Positions 49,966 through 63,897 of a DNA stretch of 64,000 bases are shown piece by piece. This DNA comes from the human T2T-CHM13v2.0 reference genome, Homo sapiens, in assembly GCF_009914755.1 (NCBI RefSeq), contig NC_060946.1; one strand, given 5' to 3'. How positions within the stretch are numbered: the stretch's first letter is position 1; the number at the start of each line of letters is the position of its first letter. The position numbers and the translations under genes are program-made. The notes beneath the pieces were generated by a model that saw nothing but the letters and a program-made list of their open reading frames with translations, did not search any database and was not told where the DNA came from.

Positions 49966-50398
49966 TGTCAGGCCTCTGAGCCCAAGCCAAGCCATCGCAT
50001 CCCCTGTGACTTGCGCGTATACGCCCAGATGGCCTGAAGTAACTGAAGAATCACAAAAGAAGTGAAAAGGCCCTGCCCCGCCTTAACTGATGACATTCCA
50101 CCATTGTGATTTGTTCCTGCCCCACCTTAACTGAGTGATTAACCCTGTAAATTTCCTTCTTCTGGCTCAGAAGCTCCCGCACTGAGCACCTTGTGACCCC
50201 CGCCCCTGCCCACCAGAGAACAACCCCCTTTGCATGTAATTTTCCATTACCTTCCCAAATCCTATAAAACGGCCCCATCCCTACTCCCTTTGCTGACTCT
50301 CTTTTCGTACTCATCCGGCCTGCACCCAGGTGAAATAAACAGCCATGTTGCTCACACAAAGCCTGTTTAGTGGTCTCTTCACACAGACGCGCATGAAA
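49966..50398 (+). mobile_element. 3' LTR7 (433 bp)
   Basis: Direct repeat of the 5' LTR, ~14 differences by manual count; AATAAA 50334-50339. Confidence 0.95.
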
Positions 50399-51265
50399 GG
50401 GGCCCCAAGGAGAGGTCTCATGTTCTCATTCTGCCTCCTCCCATTCCTCTTCAGATTCAGTTTGGAAGAGGTCTTTTTGAGGTTGAAAACCTGCCATTGA
50501 TCTTCTTCCGCTTCTTTTCTCTATCTCATTTTACTGGGTTTTGGTTTGTTTGATTCTGTTCCTGGGCAAGTGACTTCCATATATTGATACTCTTAGAAAA
50601 ACATCTTTTTACTTCAATCTTAATACTTTTGTTTGGATTTTATTTCATAGTTTTCTAGGAGGGCTGAGCTAAAACATGTCCTGAACACCTGCTGGGTGCC
50701 AAGCAATGTGCTCTGAGCTTCACTCTCTTGACCCATGCACAAGATACCTGCACTAGCTTGCCAGATGAGAACTTCCAGAAGGCAGTTGATGTTCAGTTTT
50801 ATGGGGTTTGCTGCTGTGTTTGTTACCATGTGAGTGAAGACCTATCATCCCCTTAAATTTTGGAAAGATAGAATTGAGTGTTAGTTCTATCTTGAATGTA
50901 TCTGAATATTAGTTAATTCAGCAGGGACGGAATGTTAGGCTAGAGAATGTAGTAATGAAGAGAATCTAGGGAACTGATGGAAGAGAAAGGATATGCCACT
51001 GTTCCTGGAAAGCTGATTTTACATTTAACCAAAGTACGGTACCATTTTATCGCGCTGACGGGAGGAAGATCTGGAAGAACTTTTCTGTGGCTGGTAGAGC
51101 TGTCCGCTAAGGCTGCGTTTTTAAATCCCTGTTCATTGTGAACAAATCAAATAGGTCTTTGTTGTGTTTCAGCTTCCCCGAGTCAGCTTGGAGGGAAAAT
51201 GCTAGCCTCTCTCTGGCTCAAAGTTGTGAAACAAAGCAAGAAAAACAACAAACATAACATTTTAG

Positions 51266-51762
<497 letters not shown>

Positions 51763-52877
51763 CCAGTGGGGAAATTATTTAAATGTGTTGGCTATAAACT
51801 AGTGTTATGTCATGGATCTGGATATATGAGTATGGTTATAAAAATCAGGATGCCTGGCCTGATTTGGAGCTTGGAAGGAGGTTCTGCGGCTGTTGTACAC
51901 AGATACTGGAGTATCTGGGAGATATCCTTTGGATGCTGAGGTGTGTCTGAGGCCAAAGGACAGAATATAGGAATATGGGAGAATTTAGGCCATGTGGTCA
52001 TTGTTCACGGGGCCACTAGTTTCACTCACTAAAGGAGTGGGTTCGTAGCTGCGTTGGAGACTGCAGCACACCCGTAGCAGTACTGTTTCTCATGCAGTGG
52101 CTTTCCCACAGAGCCCAGCTCAGGTTTGCTGGTCTCACATCAAAGTGCATTCAAAGTGGGGAGATTGACAAAGATGCAGGTTCTGGGTCCTGTGACCAGA
52201 AATTCGGACTCCTTTAGTCCGACATGAAGCTTCATCTGCCTTTGTAACTAGCTCTGCCCATGGCCGTGGCCCACAGGTTGAGAAACTTTGTCCAGCCTAT
52301 TACCATTCAGTTGTATGTTTTGAGCTGTCTTTTATTACTAAGTGAAAACTGGGTGAGATTGTTGAAGAGGGACGATTGCCACAGGGGTTTCCTGTGTTCT
52401 TAATCTCCTGAAACTTGAGGACCTCATGGTTACACCCTGCCCTACAAGTTTTCTCTTACCCGTTTATTCAGGATGTCACACAGCATTATTTATTAATATT
52501 TGAAAGGTCTACCCCTGAGTAAGGAGGGTGGATATATATTTTTTTAAGTGGAAGAAACCAAACTTCAACTCCTATAGCTCTCTGTGCTTGAATCTTGTAA
52601 CAGGCTGCTCTTATAAGCAGTGCCCCAGATCCTTCTAATGGGGGAACCTCACCTGCCCTTGTCAGGAAAGAAGGGGGAAGGGCCCAGGAACCTTCCAGTC
52701 TGAGAGGCTGGTATTCTGGTTCTTTCATCGTGTGACTTATACTAGTGATCCCTATCTTCTTGGGGGCAAGTGGGGAAGCCATTCTCCTCTTGAAGCCGGT
52801 TATCAGAGAACTATGAACTCATAGCGAGGTGACAGGATTTTAGGATGTGCATTTGTCAATTCCAAGTTATTGTCCAG

Positions 52878-52879
<2 letters not shown>

Positions 52880-52911
<32 letters not shown>
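52880..52911. repeat. (GT)n microsatellite, ~16 units
   Basis: Directly visible. Confidence 0.97.
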
Positions 52912-52913
<2 letters not shown>

Positions 52914-54838
52914 GGGGACTCCTAGAATCACTGGCTAATCATCAAACCTTATGTTAATCAATATTTATACTCTCTTCTGTTAGATTTCTTTTAACAGAAT
53001 AACTTTAAAAGGTACCCACATCTGATATTTTGAATTTCACCTCCCGTCTCTTTTCCCTATGCCCCACTTGGCTTTCTTCAGAAATTCCAAGGGAGTGGTG
53101 AAAGAATTAAGTGAGCAGCAGCAGGAGGATGAAGCAAAGTTCTACCGGATTATAAATGGTCTGATCTATTCCTTGCCATCACCTGACCTCCCCCAAGCAT
53201 GACTGTGGGATATTGACCCCAGGACCCCCACCTCCACCCACCTTGGGGGTCTAGAAGAATGTGTCGACAGTGATGCCTGCAAAGCAGCAGCTTCATGTGT
53301 CTGACTGCCCACTGCATCATCTCAGCTGCCTCTGGATAGGATTCTGCCAGCTCCTGGCCAGACTAGTTCTGTTGCATTGCACAGGCTGAGCAAAAAGAAG
53401 GGAGATGTGTTACTGGGCAGAGTGAGCTCCAGACATGCCAGACATGCAGGGACTGTCCTATAACATGGAACTCAGCCGAGCATGGAGACAGAGTAAGGGT
53501 GGTGGGCTTTTTGGGCGCTAGAAAGAGTACCAGGCCTTCACCTCTTCACCTCTCACCTCACACAATGGCTATTTTATTTGCTGCTGATCCTAGCCAGTGT
53601 TAATCAGGCCTGAGCCTACCAGTCTCCACCTGCCAAATTATGGCTCCCAATAGTCACTGGCAATTGGACCTATCTGCTCTTTCTTATGTCAGGTCTGCTA
53701 CTTATTATTGAATCCCAGACCAAGAGTCTTGAACAGGAGGAGAGAGAGGACTTCTGAATTATCCTGGGGTCTCTTGCTCTTAAATCCAGACCTGATCATG
53801 AGTGAGGGAAGAGGGCAATGTGAAGAGGACTGTCCTAAAGGCCAAGTGGCTTTCTGGCAGCCAGGTGCACAGCTAGCACTTTCAATACTGACCCAGTCTC
53901 CAGCCAATAGCCCGTCAAAAGCCAGCTTGAAGGCAGGCTTTTCTGAGGTTGAGAGTTCTAAGTGATCCAATGCCCACAGAAGGAGAGGGTCTCTGGCCCT
54001 GACGTCACCACTCCAGTTTGGTTTTGAAGGACCAAAAAGGAGATGATTGCTTTTATGCTCCTGGGAACCTGGATGGATCTTGGCTGATTACCAAACAATC
54101 TACATTGCTTGGGCATAACTAGAAGCTGCTCCAGGCCAAAGCCACTTCCATTTTTACCTCCCTCTCTCCCTTCCCTGTGGACAGCAAAAGGAAGACATAT
54201 CTCATGTTGCGAAGTGGGAGGCAAGGGGCTAACATGGCTATGTTCTAATATCTTGGGCTCTCTTTGGGACCAGGAGGCTGCTTCTGGCACCTACAATGTT
54301 TCCAGCACCAGGTGCTTGGTGATTTGGATCACCGCTGAACGCTGTCTAAGCATGAGAGGCAGACTGGTATAGGGGAAAGAGCACTGGGAAGGGAGTTAGA
54401 CTACTTTTTCCAGCTCTGCAACTAACTTATTGAGTCAAATCATCAGTTTGGATTTAACAAAGCTGATTTCTTTCCTGCAGGAATTCCGAAAGCCTTTGAC
54501 ATATATTATATACAATGCGTCTCCAAAAAAAGAAATACAAACAGCGGTTCCTAAACATATTTGGCCATGGGGCCCTTTTGAAATTGAGTAACCTACCAAT
54601 ACCTTGCTGTACAGAGTTTGTGAAATGCCAAACTAGAAGTGACTACCATTGCACTTCGGATCCTATGTCATTGATCTGTTGATTCTCTCTGGTTCCCAAC
54701 AGATCCATAAAAAGGAAACGGCATTCCTGGTGGGAGGCCAGAGAGATCAAACAGTGGTGGAACAGAATGGGTACAGGAGCCCTAACCTGACCCTTTCCTT
54801 GGGAAGTCCAGGGCCTCTTTCTCCTTTGTAAACTAGTC

Positions 54839-54844
54839 TTTATT
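54839..54844 (-). terminator. SYN3: Candidate SYN3 poly(A) signal
   Basis: TTTATT on + (AATAAA on -) ~740 nt past the stop; further ones at 52463 and 52489. Confidence 0.4.
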
Positions 54845-55586
54845 CCTACAATAACCTGTGATCTGCCCTTGGCTGTCCAAATAAGAATAATGCTCTGAGT
54901 ATGAGTGGCATTACAAGGGCCCCCCTGTTTCTGTCGTGTTCTGAAAGACCCCACTTGTCATACAGGGTCTGGTTTCTTTCTTGGCCTCAGGACCCCACTA
55001 GTGGCCGAGTGTGATGGGGGCCTTTGCCTGCCTGGTCTAAGGGCGGGTCTTGAGCGTGGATGGAACTAGCGTGGGCAGGTGGCGAGTTCCCCTGGCTGGG
55101 ATTTTTCTCTTTTTGTTTGTTTGCAAAACACTGTTAAAAGATTATTGCCTCCTATATTACTGAGGTCTGACTACAGTGTCTGCGTTTGATGGAGGTGGGG
55201 CAAGGCCTAGAGGGGGCCTTTGCCCAAAGGTGAGCCAAACACTAGTAAGAATGTGAAAACTAGCCACTCGCAGACATCTCACTTGGTTATCTGGCAGGTA
55301 AGCAGGCACGTGGGTAGGCAGAGGGTGTGATGCCCATCGCTCAGGCCTGTTTTGAGGAACCTGGAGGCTCTCAAAGGCCCACCTCACAGTCAGACAATGC
55401 TGGAATGTCACGGTGAAGGAAAATGGGAACAAATATAGATAATCGGTTCCTGGGTCAAAGGCATTTAGAAAGTATGTTCTCAGGCCCTCCATTCTGTTCC
55501 CATCAGGAACCAAGGCTGAGAAGGAAGATGAGGCAGGAGGGGGACGAGTGTAGCAGAGCACTCTTCCCCTCCCAGCCTGGATGGCG

Positions 55587-55719
55587 TTAGTCAGAGAACA
55601 GGCTGGCAAAAGACTTCCTCAGGTTGCGGATGGTTTCAGCCTTGGCCTCGTCTTCACTTGGGGTCCCACGCTGGGAGGTGTCGGATGTGCTGAGGCTGTT
55701 AGTCAGGGACTGAGATTTG
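55587..55719 (-). CDS. SYN3: Synapsin III last coding exon (domain E)
   Basis: ttctgtttcag|CAAATCT; (N)KSQSLTNSLSTSDTSQRGTPSEDEAKAETIRNLRKSFASLFSD*. Confidence 0.96.
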
Positions 55720-56629
55720 CTGAAACAGAAAGGCAAGGGGGTTGAGGAAGACAAGGCGAAGACTATCAAAGAAATGGGTCTTGGGGGCTTGCCTGTAAGC
55801 CAGATGGGCTACCCCAATCATCATAAGGTTATGAAGACCAGAAACCAGGCATTCCAATGCTTACATGATGTCAGGTACATTACACACATAATTTGCAAGG
55901 TGGTTATTTTCCCCATTTCTTAGGTTCAGAAATAGGGGTTCACAGAGTCAAGTAACTTGCTCCGGTCCTCACAGCAAGTAATGGGGGAGCACCCAGAGGC
56001 CACATTCTTTCCATTATACCAGACTGTTGAGGCAGCAGGCATTGCTGGAGAGTAGCTTGGCTGCTCTCCTGCCTATGGGTACAAACCCACTTTGTAAACT
56101 GCAATGTGCTGTATCAACATCAGGTTATAGTTATTTCCAGCACTCGTTTAGGTATCAGGAGGCCTGTATTCTAGAACCTTCTCTGCTCTTTGATGTGTGT
56201 AGCCTTGGGCAAGGAACTTACCTTCTCAGGGCTTCCTTTGCCTCATCTGTAGAGCGAAGGGTTTGTCCTGCTGACCCTCAGGCCTCTTCCAGCTCTGACA
56301 TTCTGGACTTCAATTCCCATCTCTTCTCCAATGTCTTTATGGCTAATTCTGTCCCCCACCCGCTTTTGGAATTCTTTTAGTGCCATCTTTTTGAATGGCA
56401 GATGCCATTCTGAGTGCTTCCTAAATGCCAGCCTGTAGCAACTGCTTGCTGAGCACTTCCCCTGTGCTAGGGGACAGGGGTGTAAGACGAATATGATTCA
56501 GGCCCTGCCTCAGGAGGCTCAGTCATAGGAGGGGAGGCAACAGACCTAGGAAGAGATTATGTAAATGTGTCAAAAGTTGAAGAGCTCTGCATGTGATGCT
56601 GTCATCACATTAAAAACTGCACCACACTG

Positions 56630-56930
<301 letters not shown>

Positions 56931-57663
56931 CTGGGGACTTCAACGCAGGGACTGTCTTTTACTCCTTGCTTATTACCCCTCAGAGAGTCTTATCTAGAAC
57001 AAGGCACAGAGTAGGTAAATTCAGTAAATACCTGCTGACTTGAATTGAACCAAGTTCTTTAAAGCAGTAAGTCAGGAAATTTATGTGTTTTTAGCTAGAA
57101 CACTGTAAGGTCAGTGACCAAACCTGGTTTAAGGCCCAGAGCCCCTGTCTGTCCTGTGATTAGTTGGCTGATCTCCTTATGTGGTGACAGGCTGTATGCA
57201 GATAAGCCTCTGTAGTGGCAGCAGCATTCTAAGCACCAACTGTGCATAAACTCATTGCAATCCTTATAATAACCCTGTGCGGTTATTGTCCCCATTCCAC
57301 ATGTGAGGAAATTGAAGCACAGCGAGGTTAGGCAACTTATCTGAGGTTGTGTAGTTTTTAAGTGGTGGAGCTAGGATTTGAACCCAGGCAGTCTGACTCT
57401 AGAGTCTGTGCTGTCAACTGCTATTCCATATTGCCAGGAGGGCCATTTGCTAGTGTCTGTCAAACTAAAAATACATTTATCCTTTGATCTAACAATATCA
57501 TGTCAGGTTATTTTCTCTAGAGTGAGTCTTGCAACTATGAAAGTATATGTTCAGATTTATTAATTGCAGCATTATTTGTAAGATCAAACCAAGTTTCTAT
57601 TTGTGATGGATTAGTTAGATAAATTATAGTACAATGGTACAGCGGAATACTATACAGCCATAA

Positions 57664-57992
<329 letters not shown>

Positions 57993-58236
57993 CAGGATTT
58001 ATTATTAAACATGAAAAGCAGTGAGCAGAATGGTGTTGATAGTGAATACTCCTGTGTGTGTGAGAAAATGAGGGCGAGGATCTGAACAATTTTATTATTT
58101 ATTTATGCAAATATTTTTATTTGCATAAGGAAGCACTGAAAGGACACATAGGAACTAACAAAAGTCATTTCTGGGGATGGGGGCAGCAAAGCGTTGGATG
58201 AGAATGGGGCGGGAACGAGGCTTTTCAACATACATC

Positions 58237-58569
<333 letters not shown>

Positions 58570-58959
58570 TAGATCTTTGAACTATGTGAATATATTACCT
58601 ATTCAAAAAAATAGTTGTTAGCATGATCCCTGGACTGGATGTCGTGGGTCTAATCCCAGCTCTTCTAGTTATTAACTGGAAACTTTGGCAAGTTATTTAA
58701 TCTTTCTTTGCTTACTCGTCTGTACAATGGGGATAAGAAATAGTTATTAACTCCTAAGCTTGTGAGAACTTAAAAAAAACCCAAGTAAGTAAAGTGCTTG
58801 GCACATAGTAAGTGGACAATAGCTGTTAGCTGTGAACTGTGATGATCAACATTTGGCCTTGAAAGAAGGTAGAGCTTTCCAAAGATCAGTTACTTGGGAC
58901 CTCTCTTTAGGACAAACCAAGAGATGGGCCTGAGAGGAAACAGGATGTATATGTGTATT

Positions 58960-59700
58960 GTGATGGATGGCTTACAAAAATGACTGCAATGATTCCTCTT
59001 GTCCCTGTAGCCTGCCCTTTTGAGATGTGACTTCATGGCTCCTCCTACCAAAAATTTATTTCCTACCTCTTGAATGTGGGTTTGGCCCTGTGACTTGCTT
59101 TGACTAAAAGCGTGTGATAAAATAACATTTCATAACTCCCAAGGCTGGGCCTCAAGAGGCCTTGCAGCTTGTACTTTCTCCCTTTTTAAAAGCAGTTCTA
59201 CCATGTAAGAAAGCTCAGCTTAGCCTTGGGGAGGATGAGACCCCATGGAGAGAAAGAGGCCCAGCTGACAGCTAGCACCAACAACCAGATGTGTGTGTGA
59301 GGCCTTCTTGGACCATCCAGCCTCAGTGAAGCTGCCAGATGACTGCAGTCGTATGAGTGATCCCAGGAAAGTAGAGTTGCCAGATTTAGCGAATAAAAAT
59401 GTGTAGATAAATGTGCATTTCAGATAAAAAGCTAAGACTTTTTTTTTAGTGTAAGTATATTCCATGCAATGTTTGGGGCATAATTATACTCACAATTATC
59501 TGTTTTTTATCTGAAATGTGAATCTAACTGGGTATCCTATGTTTTATTCTGTAACTCTATAGGAGACACCAGCAGAAGAACCTCCCAGCTGAGCTAAACT
59601 CAGAACAAACAGCTGAACCAAAAAATTATGAACAAAGAGAATGATTGTTTTCTTCAGCCACTAAGTTTTGGGGTTGTTTGTTATGCAGCAAACAATAGCT
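58960..59700 (+). mobile_element. MaLR LTR (MLT1-like) interrupted by MER53
   Basis: gccctgtgacttgctttgac, cagccactaagttttggggttgtttgttatgcagca end. Confidence 0.6.
59372..59559. mobile_element. MER53 palindromic hAT MITE
   Basis: Inverted ends tagagttgccaga / tctgtaactcta; internal atttcagataaa versus tttatctgaaat. Confidence 0.75.
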
Positions 59701-59935
59701 GGTAAATGGCTGGTATGTGTATACACGGAGGGTCACGGTGGTGTCTAATCTATACTCTCACCTTGTTGGGCCTCCCCAGCAAATTCTGTCCTCTAGTCCT
59801 GTTTTTACCTATTTGAAGTCTAGGCAAGGCCTCGTTGGGTCTTCCTTTGTCTCCAAGTCCCTAACCCTGAATCAGCCAAGCTCTGCCTACACCCCAGCTC
59901 TATCCTATACCTTTTCCAATTCCCAAAGCACTTAC

Positions 59936-60227
59936 TTGAGATGCGGATGGGGTGGTGCTGGCTTCTTGGACTCTTCACCCTGCTGGGAGGTACTACGGCC
60001 CTGCACAGGGGGCCGGGGCTGTGAGGCGAGGGTGGCACCTGGCTTGGAGGCCTGGTTTGGGGAGCTGCCACTGGATGCCCGGGATAGCTGCGGAGAGCCT
60101 GGTGACCTTTGCTGCTGTGGAGATCCGGACTGGGGGCTCAGGGGCTGCTGGCCTTGTGGGGAGAGCCTCTGTTGGGAGGGGCTTCCAGATCTCTGGGGCT
60201 GAGGAGACTGAGCTTGGCGAGGGCCTC
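59936..60227 (-). CDS. SYN3: Synapsin III penultimate coding exon (Pro/Gln/Ser-rich domain J)
   Basis: ttttctggccccttag|GAGGC; GGPRQAQSPQPQRSGSPSQQ...KKPAPPHPHL; AA|gtaagt; phase matches last exon. Confidence 0.96.
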
Positions 60228-60601
60228 CTAAGGGGCCAGAAAAAAAAAGGTTCAGTTCAATTTTTTTTCTTAGGATAGATATGGCTGTACACAAATAATG
60301 TTGCTTCAAGGATGTTCATTACAGTGTTTCTTATAATGGTGAAAAACTGAAAACCGTATAAATACCTAACCATAAGGAAGTAATTAGGAACATTAAGATA
60401 CATCTGTATAATGGAATATGCTGTGGTCATCACATAGGATGTGGCTGAGTAATACTAAATGACACAGGATACTGTTGATAACATATGCTAAATATTATAC
60501 TGCTGAACAAAATAGCTTAGAATACAGTACTTATGGTTTTATTTTGGCACATATGTAAAAACATATATAAAAAAGCAAGACTGGAAGACTGTACACTAAA
60601 A

Positions 60602-61150
60602 CCAGTGTGCCTCAGACTTTAATGTGCATATGAATCACTGGGGATCTGGTCAAAATAAAGATTCTGATAGAGTGAGTCTCGGGCTGCGTTACGGACTGAA
60701 TTGTGTTCACCCTGTCCCAATTCATATGTTGAAACCTTAACCCTAACCCTCAATGCAATTCTATTTGGAGATAGGATCTTTAAAGAGGTAATTAAAGTTA
60801 AATGAGGTGATACGGTGGGGCCCTAATCTGATAGGCCTGGTGTCCTTATAAGAGGAGAAAGAAATATCAGGAGTGTCATGTACCCAGGTACAGAAGAAAG
60901 GACACACGAGGATACACAAAGAAGGCTGCCATCTGCAGGCCAAGGAGAGAAGCTGTACCAGAAACCAACCCTGCTAGCACCTTGATCTTGTACCTGCAGC
61001 CTCCAGAACTGTGAAAAAAACATCTGTTGTTTAAGGCCCCCCCAGTCTATGGCATTTTGTTATCAAGGCAGCCTGAGAAAACTAATATAGGCAGGATCTG
61101 CGATTCTGCATTTCTAACGGGTTCCCAGCTTATCCTACGTTGAGTAATGA
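60602..61150. mobile_element. MER5-like element interrupted by an MLT1A/B-like LTR (~60686-61089)
   Basis: ctttaatgtgcatatgaatcactggggatct...gattctga and attctgcatttctaac flank ggactgaattgtgt...cagcctccagaactgtga. Confidence 0.65.
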
Positions 61151-62046
61151 GACACTAAATAATCATTACAAAAGTGGTGAGATTAAGAAGGATTTTAATT
61201 CTCTTTTTTTTTTTCTCACGGGTATTTTCCACACTGAAGATGTATTTCTTTGGAAACAACGACAAGAATTAACTCTTACTTTTTGAGTTGCTCTCTAAAC
61301 TTTTCCAAGAACTTTCAAAAGCAACATATCACTTGACCTAGAGAGGTCAGTAGGGAAGATACCATTCTTCTCACCACATAGAGGTGGAGACTGAGTCTTA
61401 TTAAGGTTTCCCAGTTGGAAGAGGAGCCACAGAAAGCTCAAAGAGAATCTTGGTTTCTCCCTCTCACCGTACAGGGCACACAGGCTTCCACAAGCAAGCC
61501 AAGAGGCATCTAAGCTTGGGGATGTTGTAGCCACCCAGAAATGACTTTGAGTAGAATTCCAAGGCCCCCAACAATCAAGGTGCACTCTCCTAACCCTCAA
61601 ATTCTGGGTGTCAGGGCTGTTGATGGTGAATTGCATTTTGCCAAAGCCGACTGGCTGCCCGTAGGTCTCTTCTCCCTACGACATGCTGCTGCTGGGAGAG
61701 TGGGGTTATTCTTGCCACGTTTTTTTGAGAGCACCGTAGGCACGTTAGGAGACTGAAAACTAAAAGGTGCTGGAACCCATCTCTGTGACTCTGTAACAAT
61801 GGGGCTTCTACTGAGCACCTATTATGTCACCAGCTTTGGACTGGGCACAACAGCTCTGTGGGTTAGGCATTATTTTCATCCCCTACCCCCAGCCATGGGA
61901 GTGCTGTCCCTGGAACTCTAGAGAGAGCCACATGTATAATTACACATTTTCTAGTAGGCACATTTTAAAAAGTAAAAAGAAATAGGTGAACATAATTTTA
62001 ATAGTGTGTGTGTGCGTGTATATAGGTATGTATGTATATATATAAT

Positions 62047-62329
62047 TTTTAATTAAAGAGATGGGGTCTCTGTCACCCAGGGTAGAGTGCAGTGGCATGG
62101 TCACACCGCAGCAGTGAACCCCTGGGCTGAAGCCACCCTCCTGCCTCAGTCTCTAGAGTAGCTGGGACTACAGGCCCAACACCACTTTTTCTTTCTGCCT
62201 TTTTTTTTTTGTAGAGATGGGGTGTCGCTGTGTTGCCCAGGCTGGTCTTGAACTCCTGGCCTCAAGCAATTCTCCCACCTTAGCCTCCCAAAGTGCTGGG
62301 ATTACAGGTGTGAGCCACTGTGCTTGGCC
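62047..62329 (-). mobile_element. AluJ-like
   Basis: Diverged reverse dimer. Confidence 0.82.
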
Positions 62330-63335
62330 CCATTTTTACAGAGAAACTGAGACCCAGATATATTGTGACTTGCTTAAGATGTCACTACGAATAAGGGGAC
62401 ACGCCGAGATTCAAACCTAGATCTCTTTGACTCAAAAACCCTGTTTTATTACTTTTTCCTTTATGAAAACTACACCACGCAGGCTCGCCTGAGTCCTCAT
62501 AACATCTTTATTGCTAATTAAGAAAAGGCGGCTTCCTTCAGCTGAAGCAGCTCTGAGCCAGATGCCAAAGGGGCAAGGACTAGATTTCAGCCAGCCTCCC
62601 TTACCAGATGTCACGTCAGCTGAGCACATTTTCAGAGGACATGCCACCTGTATAACCTCCATGACCTGTGGAGTCTGGTGGCCCTGACTCCACACTGGCA
62701 CCAGGAGCCTCAGGTCCTGACTCAAGCCTTGCCATTAACTCGCTGTGTGACCGTGGGTAAGTCACTCCCCTTCTCTGGGCTTCTGGGCCCTCATTTGTAA
62801 AATAAGGTCATTGGACTGTACATCAAACATCCCTCCCGATCTGAACATTTTTGTGAGCTTGTGGAACACTAAATTGGATTAAATTGCAGCATCAGTTTAG
62901 CATCTGATTATATTACATGGCTTTGATTCATTACCTCTTTCATGATTGTATAGGCGAGTAGATGGGAGGTCACATTTATCTCAAACACCTCTAGGGCCAA
63001 CCAGGTATGTAAATAAATAAAGCAGGCAAATATAAGAAAAGTAATGAGGCTTTCAAAAATTTGCCCACTTGAGATAAAAACAGTCCAGAGAACTATTTCT
63101 CTGAAGAGGTGCAAGCATAAAGAACATAGCAATTGCCCCTCTCTGTCACTATGGAAGTGAGGAGTAGGGCTGGAGGCAAACGCAGGAGCCCCTAGGAGCC
63201 CTTGCTCTGATCAAGGAAGCCGCTGTTAGTAACGCCAGGGACAGTTGCTGTATAGAAACACAGGCCCATTGTTTCTAGAGCTTCTGTGCTATCAAGAGAT
63301 GCTGGAAATCTAGATGTTTAAGCAACACCTCTTGA

Positions 63336-63640
63336 TTTTTTTTTTTTTTTTTTTTTTGAGACGGAGTCTTGCACTATTATCCGGGCTAGAGTGCAGTGGC
63401 GCGATCTCGGCTCACTGCAACCTCCTCTGTCTCCTGGGTTAAGAGATTCTCCTGCCTCAGCCTCTCAAATAGCTGGGATTACAGGCGTCCGCCACCACGC
63501 CCAGCTAATTTTTTGTATTTTTAGTAGAGACAGGGTTTCCCCATATTGGCCAGGCTGGTCTCGAACTCCTGACCTTGTGATTCGCCCACCTCAGCCTCCC
63601 AAAGTGCTGGGATTACAGGTGTGAGTCACCGCGCCCAGCT
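63336..63640 (-). mobile_element. Alu (AluS-like)
   Basis: Reverse dimer; TSD cacctcYtgattttt. Confidence 0.9.
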
Positions 63641-63860
63641 CACCTCCTGATTTTTAAATGTTGGTTACTTTTGGGTTTTCTAAACCCACCGCAGTTCAAA
63701 TAAAACATTTGTTTTCTACTTTTATCTTCAGTTTCCCCTGATTCGCCTCCCTTCCCAGGTTGATATCTTAGAAAATGTGAATACCCATTCATTAATTCAG
63801 TAACTCTTTGTTGAGTCCCTATCATATACCTGGGATTTATCAAGAGAGACACCCTAGTTA

Positions 63861-63897
63861 CTGGATTCAGAGACCAGAGTGCTAACCATTACCACTG
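63861..63897 (-). pseudogene. tRNA-Gln(CTG)-derived fragment with TSD (tailless retropseudogene)
   Basis: On -: GTAATGGTTAGCACTCTGGtCTCTGAATCCAG (D-arm plus anticodon arm); CCCTAGTTA at 63852-63860 and 63898-63906. Confidence 0.8.

Larger units (their letters stand above)
44649..50398 (+). mobile_element. HERV-H provirus, common internally deleted ~5.8-kb form
   Basis: Two LTRs, GGGGC TSD (44644-44648, 50399-50403), His PBS, PPT, decayed gag/pro/pol and env remnant. Confidence 0.96.

Noticed and set aside
55157-55609. 150-aa - strand ORF overlapping the SYN3 stop
   Set aside because: Non-ATG start, out of frame with SYN3, lies in 3'UTR, no recognisable motif
59717-60278. + strand ORFs of 161 and 108 aa
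   Set aside because: Antisense shadows of the GC-rich SYN3 exon
60736-60750. Interstitial telomere repeat (ccttaaccctaaccct)
   Set aside because: About two units, within MLT1 LTR sequence that naturally has a similar word
63861-63897. Functional tRNA gene
   Set aside because: No acceptor stem, T-arm or B box; only a fragment
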